64,000 nt of DNA from an uncultured Conexibacteraceae bacterium (GTDB taxonomy: Bacteria; Actinomycetota; Thermoleophilia; Solirubrobacterales; 70-9). The notes below the pieces were generated by a model that did not search any database, was not told the origin of the DNA, and worked only from the letters and a program-made list of their open reading frames with translations. The DNA is taken from contig CAWFYJ010000005.1 of NCBI GenBank assembly GCA_963820055.1, forward strand, positions 153,393-217,392, in the 5' to 3' direction. The first letter of the stretch is position 1; every line of letters starts with the position of its first letter. This document shows positions 28,186 to 37,631 of the stretch, one piece after another. The position numbers were made by a program, and so were the translations under genes.

Positions 28186-29298
28186 CTACCTGACGATCAC
28201 CGGCGTTCCGATTCGCGCGAAGTCGTAGACGTGCTCGGCTTCGGGCTCGGGAACGCGGACACATCCGTGCGATGCCGGGTACGGCGGGATGTCGGGATAG
28301 CCGTGGAAAGCGATCCCGGCGTTGAAGTAGGAGGCCCACGGCAGCCACACCTGGTAGGGAACCGACCACGAGTTCTCCTCCTTGCGGAAGACCTCGAACC
28401 GGCCGGCCGGCGTCGTGTATCCGGGGCCGCCCGACGACGTGTGGATCGCGCGTTTCGTCCGGTCCTTCTTGACGAGCAGCGTCACGCCCTTGTCCCGGTA
28501 GACCTCCATCCGCCGGCCGGGGCCTTCGCCCTTCGGGTGCGGGCGTTTCGCGTCGGCCAGCGCGGCGCGGGTGATCGGCCCGGCGACCCCGTCGCGATCG
28601 AGCCCCTCCCACGCCTGGAAGGCCATCACGGCCTGGCGGGTCCGGTAGCCATCGGCGCCGTCGACAGCGCCCTTCGGCAGGTACCGGAGCTCCGCGAGGC
28701 GCTCCTGCACCGCCCGCACGCTCGAGCTCTTCGCCCCGGTCTCGGCGGCGTGCTTCTCCGGCGCCCTGCCCTCGGGCTTGGCGAAGTCGTCGCGGCTGCG
28801 GATGCCTCCGACCGGCCGGTTCGCGGCCAGCACCCGGGTCCGGTCGACCCCCTCGACGCCGGTCAGCGTGAAGGTCACCTGAGCGAGCCGGGCGTCGAGC
28901 TCCGCCCGCTGGTCCTCGGACCGTGCCGCCTCGCGGTCGGGGATGTCGCGGGTGAACTCACCCGACAGCCGCACCGTGGCCGTCCCGTCCTCGACGCTTA
29001 CGCCCTCGACCTCGGTCCCCTTCGGTATCTCGGTCTCTACGTCGTCACCGGCGCTCTCCGGCGGGCCGGCGACGAGGGCCTTCGCCGCCGCCTCGGCGTC
29101 GCCGGCGGGGGCGGGGACCTTTCGCAGCTGCTCCCCGGCCGTGAAGTAGAGGGGCGCCGGTGCCTCGGCGGTCGTGGTCGATCCCGCGGTCGAGGTCGTC
29201 GCCGCGTCCGATGTCGTCGCGTCCGAAACCGGGTCGGAGCCGCCGCAGCCGATCAACAGCGCGACGAGGGCGAACGGGAGGGCGAGCGCGCGGCTCAC
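28186..29298 (-). CDS. L,D-transpeptidase (YkuD) lipoprotein with GerMN-like and peptidoglycan-binding domains
   Basis: Lipobox LIGCGGS. PG_binding_1-like VQERLAELRYLP...DGYRTRQAVMAFQ. YkuD catalytic HGYP...SHGCVRV. Confidence 0.88.
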   Translation of the reverse strand: MSRALALPFALVALLIGCGGSDPVSDATTSDAATTSTAGSTTTAEAPAPLYFTAGEQLRKVPAPAGDAEAAAKALVAGPPESAGDDVETEIPKGTEVEGVSVEDGTATVRLSGEFTRDIPDREAARSEDQRAELDARLAQVTFTLTGVEGVDRTRVLAANRPVGGIRSRDDFAKPEGRAPEKHAAETGAKSSSVRAVQERLAELRYLPKGAVDGADGYRTRQAVMAFQAWEGLDRDGVAGPITRAALADAKRPHPKGEGPGRRMEVYRDKGVTLLVKKDRTKRAIHTSSGGPGYTTPAGRFEVFRKEENSWSVPYQVWLPWASYFNAGIAFHGYPDIPPYPASHGCVRVPEPEAEHVYDFARIGTPVIVR

Positions 29299-29301
29299 CG
29301 G

Positions 29302-30513
29302 TCAGCCCGGTGCCGGAGCCGGCGCTCCGCCCGGGGGCGGAACTTCATCGGCGCCGTGGTTCGCCGCCGCCGCCTCGGCGCGCTCGACCGCGCGGGCCTT
29401 GGCGAGGTCCGACGAGATCCGCACCGCGGCGGCGACGAGGGGTGCCGAGACGATCAGCCCGACCGTGCCGAACATCGCGCCGCCGGCGATCGTGACGATC
29501 AGGACGGCGAGCGGGTGGATGCCGAGCGCGGTCCCCATCGCGAACGGCTGGACGACCTGTTGAAGGGGACCGTTGGCGAGCAACTGCACGAAGACCATGC
29601 CCCCGGCGGCCGCGGTGCCGTCGCTGCCGAGGGCCAGAAGGACCGTGAAGATGGCGGCGGCCCAGGCGCCGAGGTAGGGGACGTAGCCGGCGATGAACGT
29701 GACCGCGACGATCGTGCCGATCAGCGGCACGCCGATTATCAGCGACCCGATTCCGACGACGACGGCGCTGAAGACGGCGATGATCGTCGTCCCGAGGAAG
29801 TAGCCGCGCATCGACTGGATGGTCCGCCTGGTGACGATCTTCGCCACGGGCGCCGGAACGCCCATGTGGCCCTCGGTCCAATTGCGAATCTCGGGCCCGT
29901 CCTTGAGCAGGAAGAAGAGGCTGAGGATCGTCATCGCCGAGAAGAAGGCGAGACCGGAGAGCTTCGAGAACCCCGAGACCAGCCCGTCGATCAATGCCGA
30001 GGCGCTGACCTGGGCGCCGTGGCCGAGGTTCTCCTTCGCCTGATCCGCCTTGCCCGCGTCGAGTCCGAGATCCTGGAGCCACCCCGACAGGCTGTTCTTG
30101 GCTTCGTTGAGCTGGCTCGCGATGCTCGAGGCCTGCCCGTCGATCCCGACGACGACGAGCACGCCGATCCCGACGCCGACCGCGACGACGGCGAGCATCA
30201 AAAGGGAGGCGCCGAGCGCGCGCGGGATGTGGTGGCCCTGCAACCAGGCGACGAGCGGCGAGCCGACGACGGCGATGATTCCGGCGACGATCACCGGGAC
30301 CGTGATCACCTGGGTGAGCGCGAGGAGCCAGACGAGGCCGGAGAGCAGCAGCGTCACCCCGACGAGCAGCCACGACATCAACCCGATGTTGCGAAGCCAG
30401 TCGGGAACGCTGAAGAGCCCGCTGAGCTCGGACGGGTCGATGTCGACAACACCCTCGGTGTCCCCGGCGCTCCCGCGGACGGACGGGTCCCCTCGGATTC
30501 GGCCGCGGATCAT
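29302..30513 (-). CDS. AI-2E family transporter (PerM/YhhT-like)
   Basis: Eight TM helices and the conserved IPYLG-like YVPYLGAW. The start at 30513 (MIRGR) avoids overlapping the divergent gene. The ORF-track start is 30585. Confidence 0.85.
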   Translation of the reverse strand: MIRGRIRGDPSVRGSAGDTEGVVDIDPSELSGLFSVPDWLRNIGLMSWLLVGVTLLLSGLVWLLALTQVITVPVIVAGIIAVVGSPLVAWLQGHHIPRALGASLLMLAVVAVGVGIGVLVVVGIDGQASSIASQLNEAKNSLSGWLQDLGLDAGKADQAKENLGHGAQVSASALIDGLVSGFSKLSGLAFFSAMTILSLFFLLKDGPEIRNWTEGHMGVPAPVAKIVTRRTIQSMRGYFLGTTIIAVFSAVVVGIGSLIIGVPLIGTIVAVTFIAGYVPYLGAWAAAIFTVLLALGSDGTAAAGGMVFVQLLANGPLQQVVQPFAMGTALGIHPLAVLIVTIAGGAMFGTVGLIVSAPLVAAAVRISSDLAKARAVERAEAAAANHGADEVPPPGGAPAPAPG

Positions 30514-30556
30514 TCCCGGGAAGCTAACGCCGTGACCCGACGAATAGGCTCGGCCC

Positions 30557-31174
30557 GTGAGCGCCTCCGTCCGCCGAGCGAACACTTGGATCGGGGTCCT
30601 CTTCTCGATCGGATCGATCGGTTTCCTGATCGGGCCGTTTCCGGGCTACGAACAGCTCGTCGGCTCCGGCGCCGATGGCATCACGTTCTTCGTCGGCTCG
30701 ATCTTCTTCACCTCGGCGGCGCTGATCCAGCTGCTGACGATGCGGATGGCCGGCGGCACGGGGGCCGACCTCTGGGCGAGCGGAATCCAGTTCGTCGGGA
30801 CCCTGTTCTTCAACATCAGCACCTTCGACGCGATGCAGGACTCGCTCGGCACGAAGGCGACCGACCGCCTCGTCTGGCAGCCCGACATGCGCGGGTCGAC
30901 CTGTTTCCTGATCGCCGGCTTCATCGCCTATCGGCTGGCGATGAGCCGCGAGGGGCTGCCGCGCCGCGACGACGAGACAGCGCGGATCAGCATGATCAAC
31001 CTCGTCGGCTGCATCGCCTTCGGCGTCTCCGCGGTCGCATCGTTCGTCGTCCCGTCGACCGGGGACGTGCTCGCCCTCGGAGCCGCCAACTGGACGACCT
31101 CGGTCGGCGCCGCCTGCTTCCTCGCCGGCGCGATCCTTCTGCTGCCCCGGGTCAGTAACCGACGCCGGTCTTGA
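30557..31174 (+). CDS. hypothetical integral membrane protein (about 6 TM)
   Basis: GTG start. Repeated FxxGSxxF-type helices. The 3' end overlaps the convergent decarboxylase gene by 23 nt. Confidence 0.55.
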   Translation: MSASVRRANTWIGVLFSIGSIGFLIGPFPGYEQLVGSGADGITFFVGSIFFTSAALIQLLTMRMAGGTGADLWASGIQFVGTLFFNISTFDAMQDSLGTKATDRLVWQPDMRGSTCFLIAGFIAYRLAMSREGLPRRDDETARISMINLVGCIAFGVSAVASFVVPSTGDVLALGAANWTTSVGAACFLAGAILLLPRVSNRRRS

Positions 31175-32528
31175 CCTGCTTGCGCTCGTGCTTGGAGGCG
31201 CCGCCCTTCTTCTCGAGCGTCGCGCAGGCCTCGGCGATGTCGTCCGCCAGGGTCGCGACCAGCTCGCGGCTCAAGTTGAGCTTGACGAGGGCCCGGAGCA
31301 TCTTCACGGCCTCCGCCTTCGGCGGCATCGTGTAGGCGGGGAGCATCCAGCCGCGCTCGGCGGAGACCTGCCAGGCGATGTCGAACTCGTCGTAGGGGAC
31401 GTCGGCATCGTCGGCGATCCGGAACGCCGCCAGCGGCAGCTGCTCCTCCTTCTCGCCGATTATCTGGAAGGGACCCATCGACTCGAGCCGCTTGGCGAGG
31501 AACTCCGAGTTCTCCTTCATCACGGTCATCGCGAACGTGTAGCCGTCGCGCCCGAACCGGATCAGGTTGTAGTACTGGGCGAGCACCATCGACGAGCCGG
31601 TCGAGAAGTTCAGCGTGAACGTCGCGTCGGTCTTGCCGAGGTAGTTCTCATAGAAGACGAGGTCCTCGGCGAGGTCCGACTTCTCGCGAAACACGAGCCA
31701 GCCGATCCCCGGATAGACCATCCCGAACTTGTGGCCGGACACGTTGATCGAGCGGACCTGCTCGAGGCGGAAGTCCCACTTCGTGTCCGGGTAGAGGAAC
31801 GGCCACACGAAGCCGCCACTCGCCGCGTCGACGTGCAGCGGGACGTCGAGTCCGCGGTCGGACTTGAGCCGCAGCAGCAGGTCGTTGATCCCCCCGATGT
31901 CGTCGCTGTGGCCGGTGAACGTCGTGCCGAGAACGGCGGCGACGCCGATCGTGTTCTCGTCGACGTGAGGTTCGACGTCCTCGGGACCGATCGTGTACTT
32001 GTCGGGCTGCAGCGGCACGATCCGCGGCTCCACGTCGAAGTACCGGCAGAACTTCTCCCAGACGACGTGGACGTCGCCGCCGAACACCAGGTTCGGGCTC
32101 TCCGTCGACTTGCCGGCGGCCTTCTGACGCTCGCGCCACTTCCACTTCAGCGACAGCGCGCCGAGCATGATCGCTTCCGAGGAACCCTGTGTCCGGGCGC
32201 CGGTCGTCTCCCCGGGCGCGTTGTAGAGGTTCGCCAGCATCCGGATGCAGCGCTGCTCTATCTCGGCCGTCTGCGGGTACTCGGCGTGGTCGATGAAGTT
32301 GCGGTGGAGGTTCTCGGTGATGACCTTCTGCGCCTCCGGCTCCATCCAGGTGGTCACGAAGGTTGCGAGGTTGCGCTCCGGGATTCCATCGAGGACGACG
32401 TCCTGCTCGATGATCCGCTGGGCGATGAGGGCGTCGGTGCCGACATCGGGAATCTTGTCGGAGGGGGCACCGTCGAGGAGCCAGTTTGCGTGCGAGAGAC
32501 GGGATCGGGGCATGATTCGTTCGGTCAT
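31152..32528 (-). CDS. glutamate decarboxylase (PLP-dependent)
   Basis: PLP-lysine context SINVSGHKFGMVYPGIGWLVFR, and a Gad-type N-terminus. ATG at 32528 is preceded by AGGAGA and gives about 458 aa. Confidence 0.9.
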   Translation of the reverse strand: MTERIMPRSRLSHANWLLDGAPSDKIPDVGTDALIAQRIIEQDVVLDGIPERNLATFVTTWMEPEAQKVITENLHRNFIDHAEYPQTAEIEQRCIRMLANLYNAPGETTGARTQGSSEAIMLGALSLKWKWRERQKAAGKSTESPNLVFGGDVHVVWEKFCRYFDVEPRIVPLQPDKYTIGPEDVEPHVDENTIGVAAVLGTTFTGHSDDIGGINDLLLRLKSDRGLDVPLHVDAASGGFVWPFLYPDTKWDFRLEQVRSINVSGHKFGMVYPGIGWLVFREKSDLAEDLVFYENYLGKTDATFTLNFSTGSSMVLAQYYNLIRFGRDGYTFAMTVMKENSEFLAKRLESMGPFQIIGEKEEQLPLAAFRIADDADVPYDEFDIAWQVSAERGWMLPAYTMPPKAEAVKMLRALVKLNLSRELVATLADDIAEACATLEKKGGASKHERKQVKTGVGY

Positions 32529-32589
32529 CGAAGCTCTCCTGTGAATGGATGCGGGCTCGGCCATCGTATGCCCGAACCGCAATCCGTCT

Positions 32590-34251
32590 TCACCCTCCGA
32601 GGGTGACGTCCTCAATGGCGACGATCTCGTTGCAGAGCGCGAGGCCTTCGGGCCGATGGGTGATGAGCAGAACCGACCGGTGCCCGGCGGCCGCGAACGT
32701 GTCCGCGATCAGCCGCTCGGCGGTTGCCGGATCTAGGTGAGCGGTCGGCTCATCGAGGAGCAGGACCGGGGCGGGGGAGAGGAGGGCGCGGGCGACGACG
32801 AGCCGGCCTCGCTGGCCGCCGGAGAGCTCGCGGCCGCCCTCGCCGACGAACGTGTTGAGCCCGTCCGGCAGCGTGCGGACCCAGTCGCCCAACCGAGCGG
32901 CCTCGAGCGCGCCCCAGAGGCCTTCGTCATCGGCATCGGGCCTGCCGATCCGGAGGTTGGCGGCGATCGTCGAGCTGAACAGGTGGGCGTCCTGTCCGGC
33001 GAGCGCGAACGTCGAGCGAAGGTCGCTCTGGCGCAGCTGCCGGACATCGACTCCGCCGACGGTCACGCGCCCGGTGTCGGGATCGAGGAAGCGCAGCAGC
33101 AGCGAGATCACCGTCGTCTTCCCGGTTCCGCTCGCGCCGAGGAGGGCGACCCTGCGGCCCGGGGCGATCCGCAGGTCGAGGTTCCGGAACGTCGGCTCGG
33201 CCGCGCCCGGGTAGCGGGCGGTGACGGACTCGAGGGCGACCGTCGGGTCCGCCGGCCGCGGCTCCGGGTCGGCGGGATCGGCGATCTCGGGCTCGGTGTC
33301 GGTCAGCTCGAGGACGCGGCGGCCCGAGGAGACCGTCGAGCCCAGCTCCCGGGCCACGGCGGGGAGCGGAGCGGTGGCCTCGAACGTCGACATCGCCAGC
33401 AGCGCGAGGGTGGCGATCATCAGCTGGTCGAGGGAGCCGCCGTGGTGTCCGGCGACTGCGGCCGCGAGAACGGCGGCGACCGTCGCACCCGTGATCAGGA
33501 CCGTGAGCGCGTCGGCGAAGCCGGCGACGAACGCGTCGCGGCGGGCGAGGGCCGCCAGCTCCCGGTCGCGGCGGGCGGTGCGCTCGTAGGCGTCGGCGGC
33601 GGCGCCGTAGACGAGCAGCTCCGGTGTGCCCCGGAGCATCTCGACGAGGTCGGCGGTCAGCTCCGAGCGGGCCGCACGTTGCCGCCGGCCGCTGCGCCGC
33701 TGCAGGACGTCGGCGAGGCCCGGCACGGCGATTCCGCTCAGCAGCAGGCCGGCCGCCAGGATCAGCGCCGCGGCGGGGAGGAAGACAGCGGCGAAGGCGA
33801 CCGCGCCGACGGCGACCACGAGCGCCACGAACGGCGGCGCGAGGCCCCGCAGGTAGAGGCCCTGCAGCGCATCGACGTCCCCGACCATCCGGGTCAGCAG
33901 GTCGCCGTGGCGAAACCCGGCGAGCTGGGCCGGCGCGAGCGGCTCGATCCGCTCGTAGAAGCGCGAGCGGAGCCGGCCGAGGGCGCGCAGGGCCATGTCG
34001 TGGGAGACGAGCCGGTCGAAGTAGCGGATCAGCGGCCGGCCGATCCCGAAGAACCTGACACCGACGATCACGACGGTCAGCGAGAGGATGTCCGGATGCT
34101 CGGCCGCCCGCGAGATCAGGTATCCGGCGGTCGTCATCAGGCCGATGCCGAACACGATCGTCAGCGCGCCGAGCGCGACCGCGCCCGCGAATCGCCGGCG
34201 ACCGACCGGCGCCAGTTCGACGAGCCGCCCCAGCGTCGCCCGGGTGCTCAA
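32590..34251 (-). CDS. cydC: thiol reductant ABC exporter subunit CydC
   Basis: TMD with VRFFGIGRPLIRYFDRLVSHD, Walker A GASGTGKTT, signature LSGGQRGR. TTG start at 34251 overlaps the cydD stop (TTGA). Confidence 0.85.
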   Translation of the reverse strand: MSTRATLGRLVELAPVGRRRFAGAVALGALTIVFGIGLMTTAGYLISRAAEHPDILSLTVVIVGVRFFGIGRPLIRYFDRLVSHDMALRALGRLRSRFYERIEPLAPAQLAGFRHGDLLTRMVGDVDALQGLYLRGLAPPFVALVVAVGAVAFAAVFLPAAALILAAGLLLSGIAVPGLADVLQRRSGRRQRAARSELTADLVEMLRGTPELLVYGAAADAYERTARRDRELAALARRDAFVAGFADALTVLITGATVAAVLAAAVAGHHGGSLDQLMIATLALLAMSTFEATAPLPAVARELGSTVSSGRRVLELTDTEPEIADPADPEPRPADPTVALESVTARYPGAAEPTFRNLDLRIAPGRRVALLGASGTGKTTVISLLLRFLDPDTGRVTVGGVDVRQLRQSDLRSTFALAGQDAHLFSSTIAANLRIGRPDADDEGLWGALEAARLGDWVRTLPDGLNTFVGEGGRELSGGQRGRLVVARALLSPAPVLLLDEPTAHLDPATAERLIADTFAAAGHRSVLLITHRPEGLALCNEIVAIEDVTLGG

Positions 34252-35918
34252 AGCGCCGCTCCCAGCGACGGCTCCAGTTGCCCGCCCTCGAGCCGGAACG
34301 TCCGGTCGGCGAGGGCGGCGAGCTCGGGGCGATGGGCGATCAGGAGAGCGCTGCGACCGGCCACGAGGCGTTCGATCGCCGTCTCGATGCGGGCAGCGTT
34401 GGCCGGGTCGAGGTTCGCCGTCGGCTCGTCGAGGACGACGAGCGGAGCGTCCCGCAGGAACGCGCGTGCAAGGCCGATCCGCTGGCGCTCGCCCGCGGAG
34501 AGTGGCCTGCCCCCGTCGCCGACGATCGTCGCGATCCCGTCCGGCAAACCGGCGACGAACGCGGTCGCCTCCGCCGCGGCGAGGGCCGCCGCCACCGCAT
34601 CCTCGCTCGCCCCGGGGTCGCCGAGCCGGACGTTCTCGGCGACCGAGCCGCGGAAGATCGTCGGCGCCTGCGGCACCCACGCCAGGTGCCGGCGCCAGGC
34701 CTCCGGCGCGCAGTCACGCAGGTCGGTGTCGCCGACGAGGACCCGGCCGGTGTCCGGGGTGAGCAGCCCCATCAGGAGCGAGGCGACGGTGCTCTTGCCG
34801 CCGCCGCTCGGTCCCACGAGGGCAACGGTCTCTCCGGCGCCGATCTCGATGCCGGCGTCCTCGAGAACCGGCACCTCGCGGCTCGGGTAGGCGAAGCCGA
34901 CACCGTCCAGGCGAACGACGGCCCCGCTCGGGTCGGGCGGCTGCGCGGTGCCGGCGGGCGCCTCCTCTTCGTCGCCGATCAGGCCGAGCAGCTGCTCCGA
35001 GACCGCCCGCCCGTCGGCGCTGGCGTGGAACTGGGTGCCGAGGTTGCGGAGGGGGAGGTAGAGCTCGGGCGCAAGCAGCAGGACCGTCAGCGCCGCCTCG
35101 AAACCGACGTCGGCGTCGACGAGGCGGACGCCGACCGTGACCGCGACCAGCGCGATTCCGAGGGTCGCCGCCAGTTCGAGCACCGTCCCCGAGAGGAAGG
35201 CGATCCTGAGCGTGCCCATCGTCGCCTTCCGGTAGTCGTCGCTGACCTGGGCGATCCGCTCGGCCTGAGCCGGGCCGCGGTTGAAGGCCCGCAGGGTGGG
35301 GAGCCCGCGGACGACGTCCAGGAAGTGGCCCGCGAGCCGGTTCATCGACTCGAGGCGCTCGCGGGCCCGCGTCTCCGTGTAGCGGCCGATCAGCCACATG
35401 AAGATCGGAATCAGCGGCAGCGTGAAGAGCATGATCGCGGCCGAGATCGGGTCGATCGTGACGACCACAATCAGCACCGCGGTCGGGACGGTCATCGCGA
35501 GGAAGACCTGCGGGATGTAGCGCGCGAACATCGCCTCGAGCGCCTCGACCCCTTCAACGGCGGTGGCCGCGACCTCCCCGGCGTCGGCCGGCCGTGATGC
35601 CGCGGGATCGCCGAGCAGCCTGCTGCGCAGCAACTCCATTCGCAGCGCCGACATCACAGCGGTGGCGGCACGCCGTCCCGCGACCTCGAAGCCCCATCCG
35701 CTTGCGGCCCTGACGGCGATCGCGACGAGGAGGGCGATCAGCTCAGGCGTCAGGTCGCCGATCGATGCGCCGTCGAAGCCGCGCACGGCGATCCGGGCGA
35801 TCAGCACCGCCTGCGCGAGCACCATCAGCGCCGCCAGCAGCCCGAGCCCAGCGTCGGCGGCCAGCATCCGCCGCACGCCGGGGACGCGATCGACGAGGCG
35901 CCGGTCGAGCGCGTTCAT
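34248..35918 (-). CDS. cydD: thiol reductant ABC exporter subunit CydD
   Basis: Start MNALDRRL at 35918. Walker A GPSGGGKST, signature LSAGERQR. It is first in a two-gene operon with cydC. No cydAB is present in the window. Confidence 0.85.
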   Translation of the reverse strand: MNALDRRLVDRVPGVRRMLAADAGLGLLAALMVLAQAVLIARIAVRGFDGASIGDLTPELIALLVAIAVRAASGWGFEVAGRRAATAVMSALRMELLRSRLLGDPAASRPADAGEVAATAVEGVEALEAMFARYIPQVFLAMTVPTAVLIVVVTIDPISAAIMLFTLPLIPIFMWLIGRYTETRARERLESMNRLAGHFLDVVRGLPTLRAFNRGPAQAERIAQVSDDYRKATMGTLRIAFLSGTVLELAATLGIALVAVTVGVRLVDADVGFEAALTVLLLAPELYLPLRNLGTQFHASADGRAVSEQLLGLIGDEEEAPAGTAQPPDPSGAVVRLDGVGFAYPSREVPVLEDAGIEIGAGETVALVGPSGGGKSTVASLLMGLLTPDTGRVLVGDTDLRDCAPEAWRRHLAWVPQAPTIFRGSVAENVRLGDPGASEDAVAAALAAAEATAFVAGLPDGIATIVGDGGRPLSAGERQRIGLARAFLRDAPLVVLDEPTANLDPANAARIETAIERLVAGRSALLIAHRPELAALADRTFRLEGGQLEPSLGAAL

Positions 35919-36000
35919 GCGCCCGTGAGGGGGGTGATCGCGGGCGCGAGGAGGGGCATAGCGGCGCCCGATCTTACGCCGGGAGCCGCGGTCGCTCGCC

Positions 36001-36021
36001 AATACCTAGTGACTAGGTATT
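36001..36021. promoter_or_regulatory. perfect 21-bp palindrome, candidate operator
   Basis: AATACCTAGT-G-ACTAGGTATT has 10-bp arms with no mismatch. It sits in an AT-richer island between cydD (-) and the enoyl-CoA hydratase / PadR operon (+). Confidence 0.55.
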
Positions 36022-36057
36022 GTCCGTTCGCACCCCCGGAGACGACAGGAGAGACGA

Positions 36058-36723
36058 ATGCAGCTGGAGCGCGAGGACGACGTGGTCGTCCTGACCATGC
36101 AACGCGAGGAGAACCGCTTCAACCCCGAGCACCTCGACGAGCTCGAGGGGGCGCTCGACGAGATCGAGGCCATGGACGGTCACCCGGCGGCGGTCCTCAC
36201 CGGCGAGGGCAAGTTCTTCTCGAACGGCCTCGATCTCGAGTGGATGGGCGGCGCCGAGCCCGCCGACGCGATGGCTTCGGTGGAGCGGACGATGGGGCTC
36301 ATGGCGCGTCTGCTCACCGCGCCGTTCGGCGTCGTCGCCGCGATCAATGGCCACTGCTTCGCGGCGGGGGCGATGGTCGCCCTCGCCTGCGACTCCCGGG
36401 TGATGCGCGAGGACCGGGGGTTCTTCTGCCTGCCGGAGGTCGACATCAACATGGTCTTCCTGCCCGGGATGAGCGCGCTCGTCGCGGCGCGCCTATCCCC
36501 GCAGGCCGCGCACGACGCGATGCTCAGCGGCGCCCGCTACGCGGCGCCCGAAGCCCTCGCTGCGGGCATCGTCGATGCCGTCGCGCCCGCCGATGACGTC
36601 GTCGGAGCGGCGGTCGAGCGCGCCTCGGTCCTCGCCGGCAAGGACCCGGCGACCGTGGCCGGGATCAAGACGGGCCTCTACGGGAGCGTCGTCGGCAAGC
36701 TCCACCTCCCGATCGCCGGCTGA
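36058..36723 (+). CDS. enoyl-CoA hydratase/isomerase (crotonase) family protein
   Basis: Crotonase fold signature FFSNGLDL ... AAINGHCFAAGAMVALACD. Confidence 0.85.
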   Translation: MQLEREDDVVVLTMQREENRFNPEHLDELEGALDEIEAMDGHPAAVLTGEGKFFSNGLDLEWMGGAEPADAMASVERTMGLMARLLTAPFGVVAAINGHCFAAGAMVALACDSRVMREDRGFFCLPEVDINMVFLPGMSALVAARLSPQAAHDAMLSGARYAAPEALAAGIVDAVAPADDVVGAAVERASVLAGKDPATVAGIKTGLYGSVVGKLHLPIAG

Positions 36724-36741
36724 GAGCGGGTTCACGCCGGG

Positions 36742-37299
36742 ATGGCCGCGCCGCAGGTCACGAGGCTGGAGGGGATCGTGCTCGGCCTGCTCGCGGAGCG
36801 TCCCGCGCACGGCTACGAGCTGAAGGCGCGGCTCGGGCCGGGCCTGCCGCGCGAGCGGCGGATCAACGACGGCATCCTCTATCCGCTCCTCGGGCGCCTC
36901 GAGCGGCGTGGGCTGGCGGCGGCCGAGGAGGAGCGGAGCGGCGGGCGGTCCCGCCGGGTGTACTCGGCGACGCCGGACGGTGAGGAGGCATTCGGGGAGT
37001 GGCTTCGCGGCAGCAGCGACGAGGGCACCGTCGCCGGGTACGAGATGTTCGTCGAGCACCCGCTGGCGAAGTTGCTGTTCGCGTCGCAGCTCGAGCCCGC
37101 CCAGCTCACCGCCAAGCTCGACTCGCTGCTGGCGGCGGCGCGCGATCGTCTCGCGGCGCTGGACGCGGTCCCGGATCTCGCCACGGCGGAGACGCCGGCG
37201 CGGATCGGCGCCGCCCTGCTCGCCGTCGGCCGGGCCCGCGAGGAGGCGACGGTCGACGCGTTGGAGGGGCTCCGGCGGGACATCGGCTCGCCCGCCTGA
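36742..37299 (+). CDS. PadR family transcriptional regulator
   Basis: LGLLAERPAHGYELKARL ... NDGILYPLLGRLERRGL winged-helix motif. Confidence 0.88.
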   Translation: MAAPQVTRLEGIVLGLLAERPAHGYELKARLGPGLPRERRINDGILYPLLGRLERRGLAAAEEERSGGRSRRVYSATPDGEEAFGEWLRGSSDEGTVAGYEMFVEHPLAKLLFASQLEPAQLTAKLDSLLAAARDRLAALDAVPDLATAETPARIGAALLAVGRAREEATVDALEGLRRDIGSPA

Positions 37300-37315
37300 C
37301 ATTATTCGGCGGCAG

Positions 37316-37630
37316 ATGCCGTCCTGCTCCCACCTCGACCAGATTCAGGTGACCCGGCTCCCCGAGTCGGTCGACGGTTGCGAGGACTGTCTGAAGACCG
37401 GCGATCCGTGGCTTCATCTGCGGATCTGCCTCAGCTGCGGGCACGTCGGCTGCTGCGACGACTCGCCGAATCGACACGCCACGGCGCACGCGACCGAGAC
37501 CGGCCATGAGCTGATCCGCTCGATCGAGCCCGGCGAGGACTGGTCCTGGTGCTTCGCCGACGAGCTCGCGATGCGGATTCCCGAGGTCACCGGGGAGACC
37601 CGGATCCCACCCTCGCCGCTCGGGGGCTGA
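37316..37630 (+). CDS. UBP-type zinc-finger (zf-UBP) domain protein
   Basis: ATG at 37316. CSHL ... CEDCL ... WLHLRICLSCGHVGCCDDSPNRHATAH gives the Cys/His spacing of zf-UBP. Confidence 0.8.
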   Translation: MPSCSHLDQIQVTRLPESVDGCEDCLKTGDPWLHLRICLSCGHVGCCDDSPNRHATAHATETGHELIRSIEPGEDWSWCFADELAMRIPEVTGETRIPPSPLGG

Positions 37631-37631
37631 C

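Noticed and set aside
27898-31158. A 1086-aa plus-strand ORF across the L,D-transpeptidase and AI-2E transporter loci.
   Set aside because: It is antisense to two genes with catalytic or TM signatures and has an extremely R/G/D/P-rich sequence. It is a high-GC artefact.
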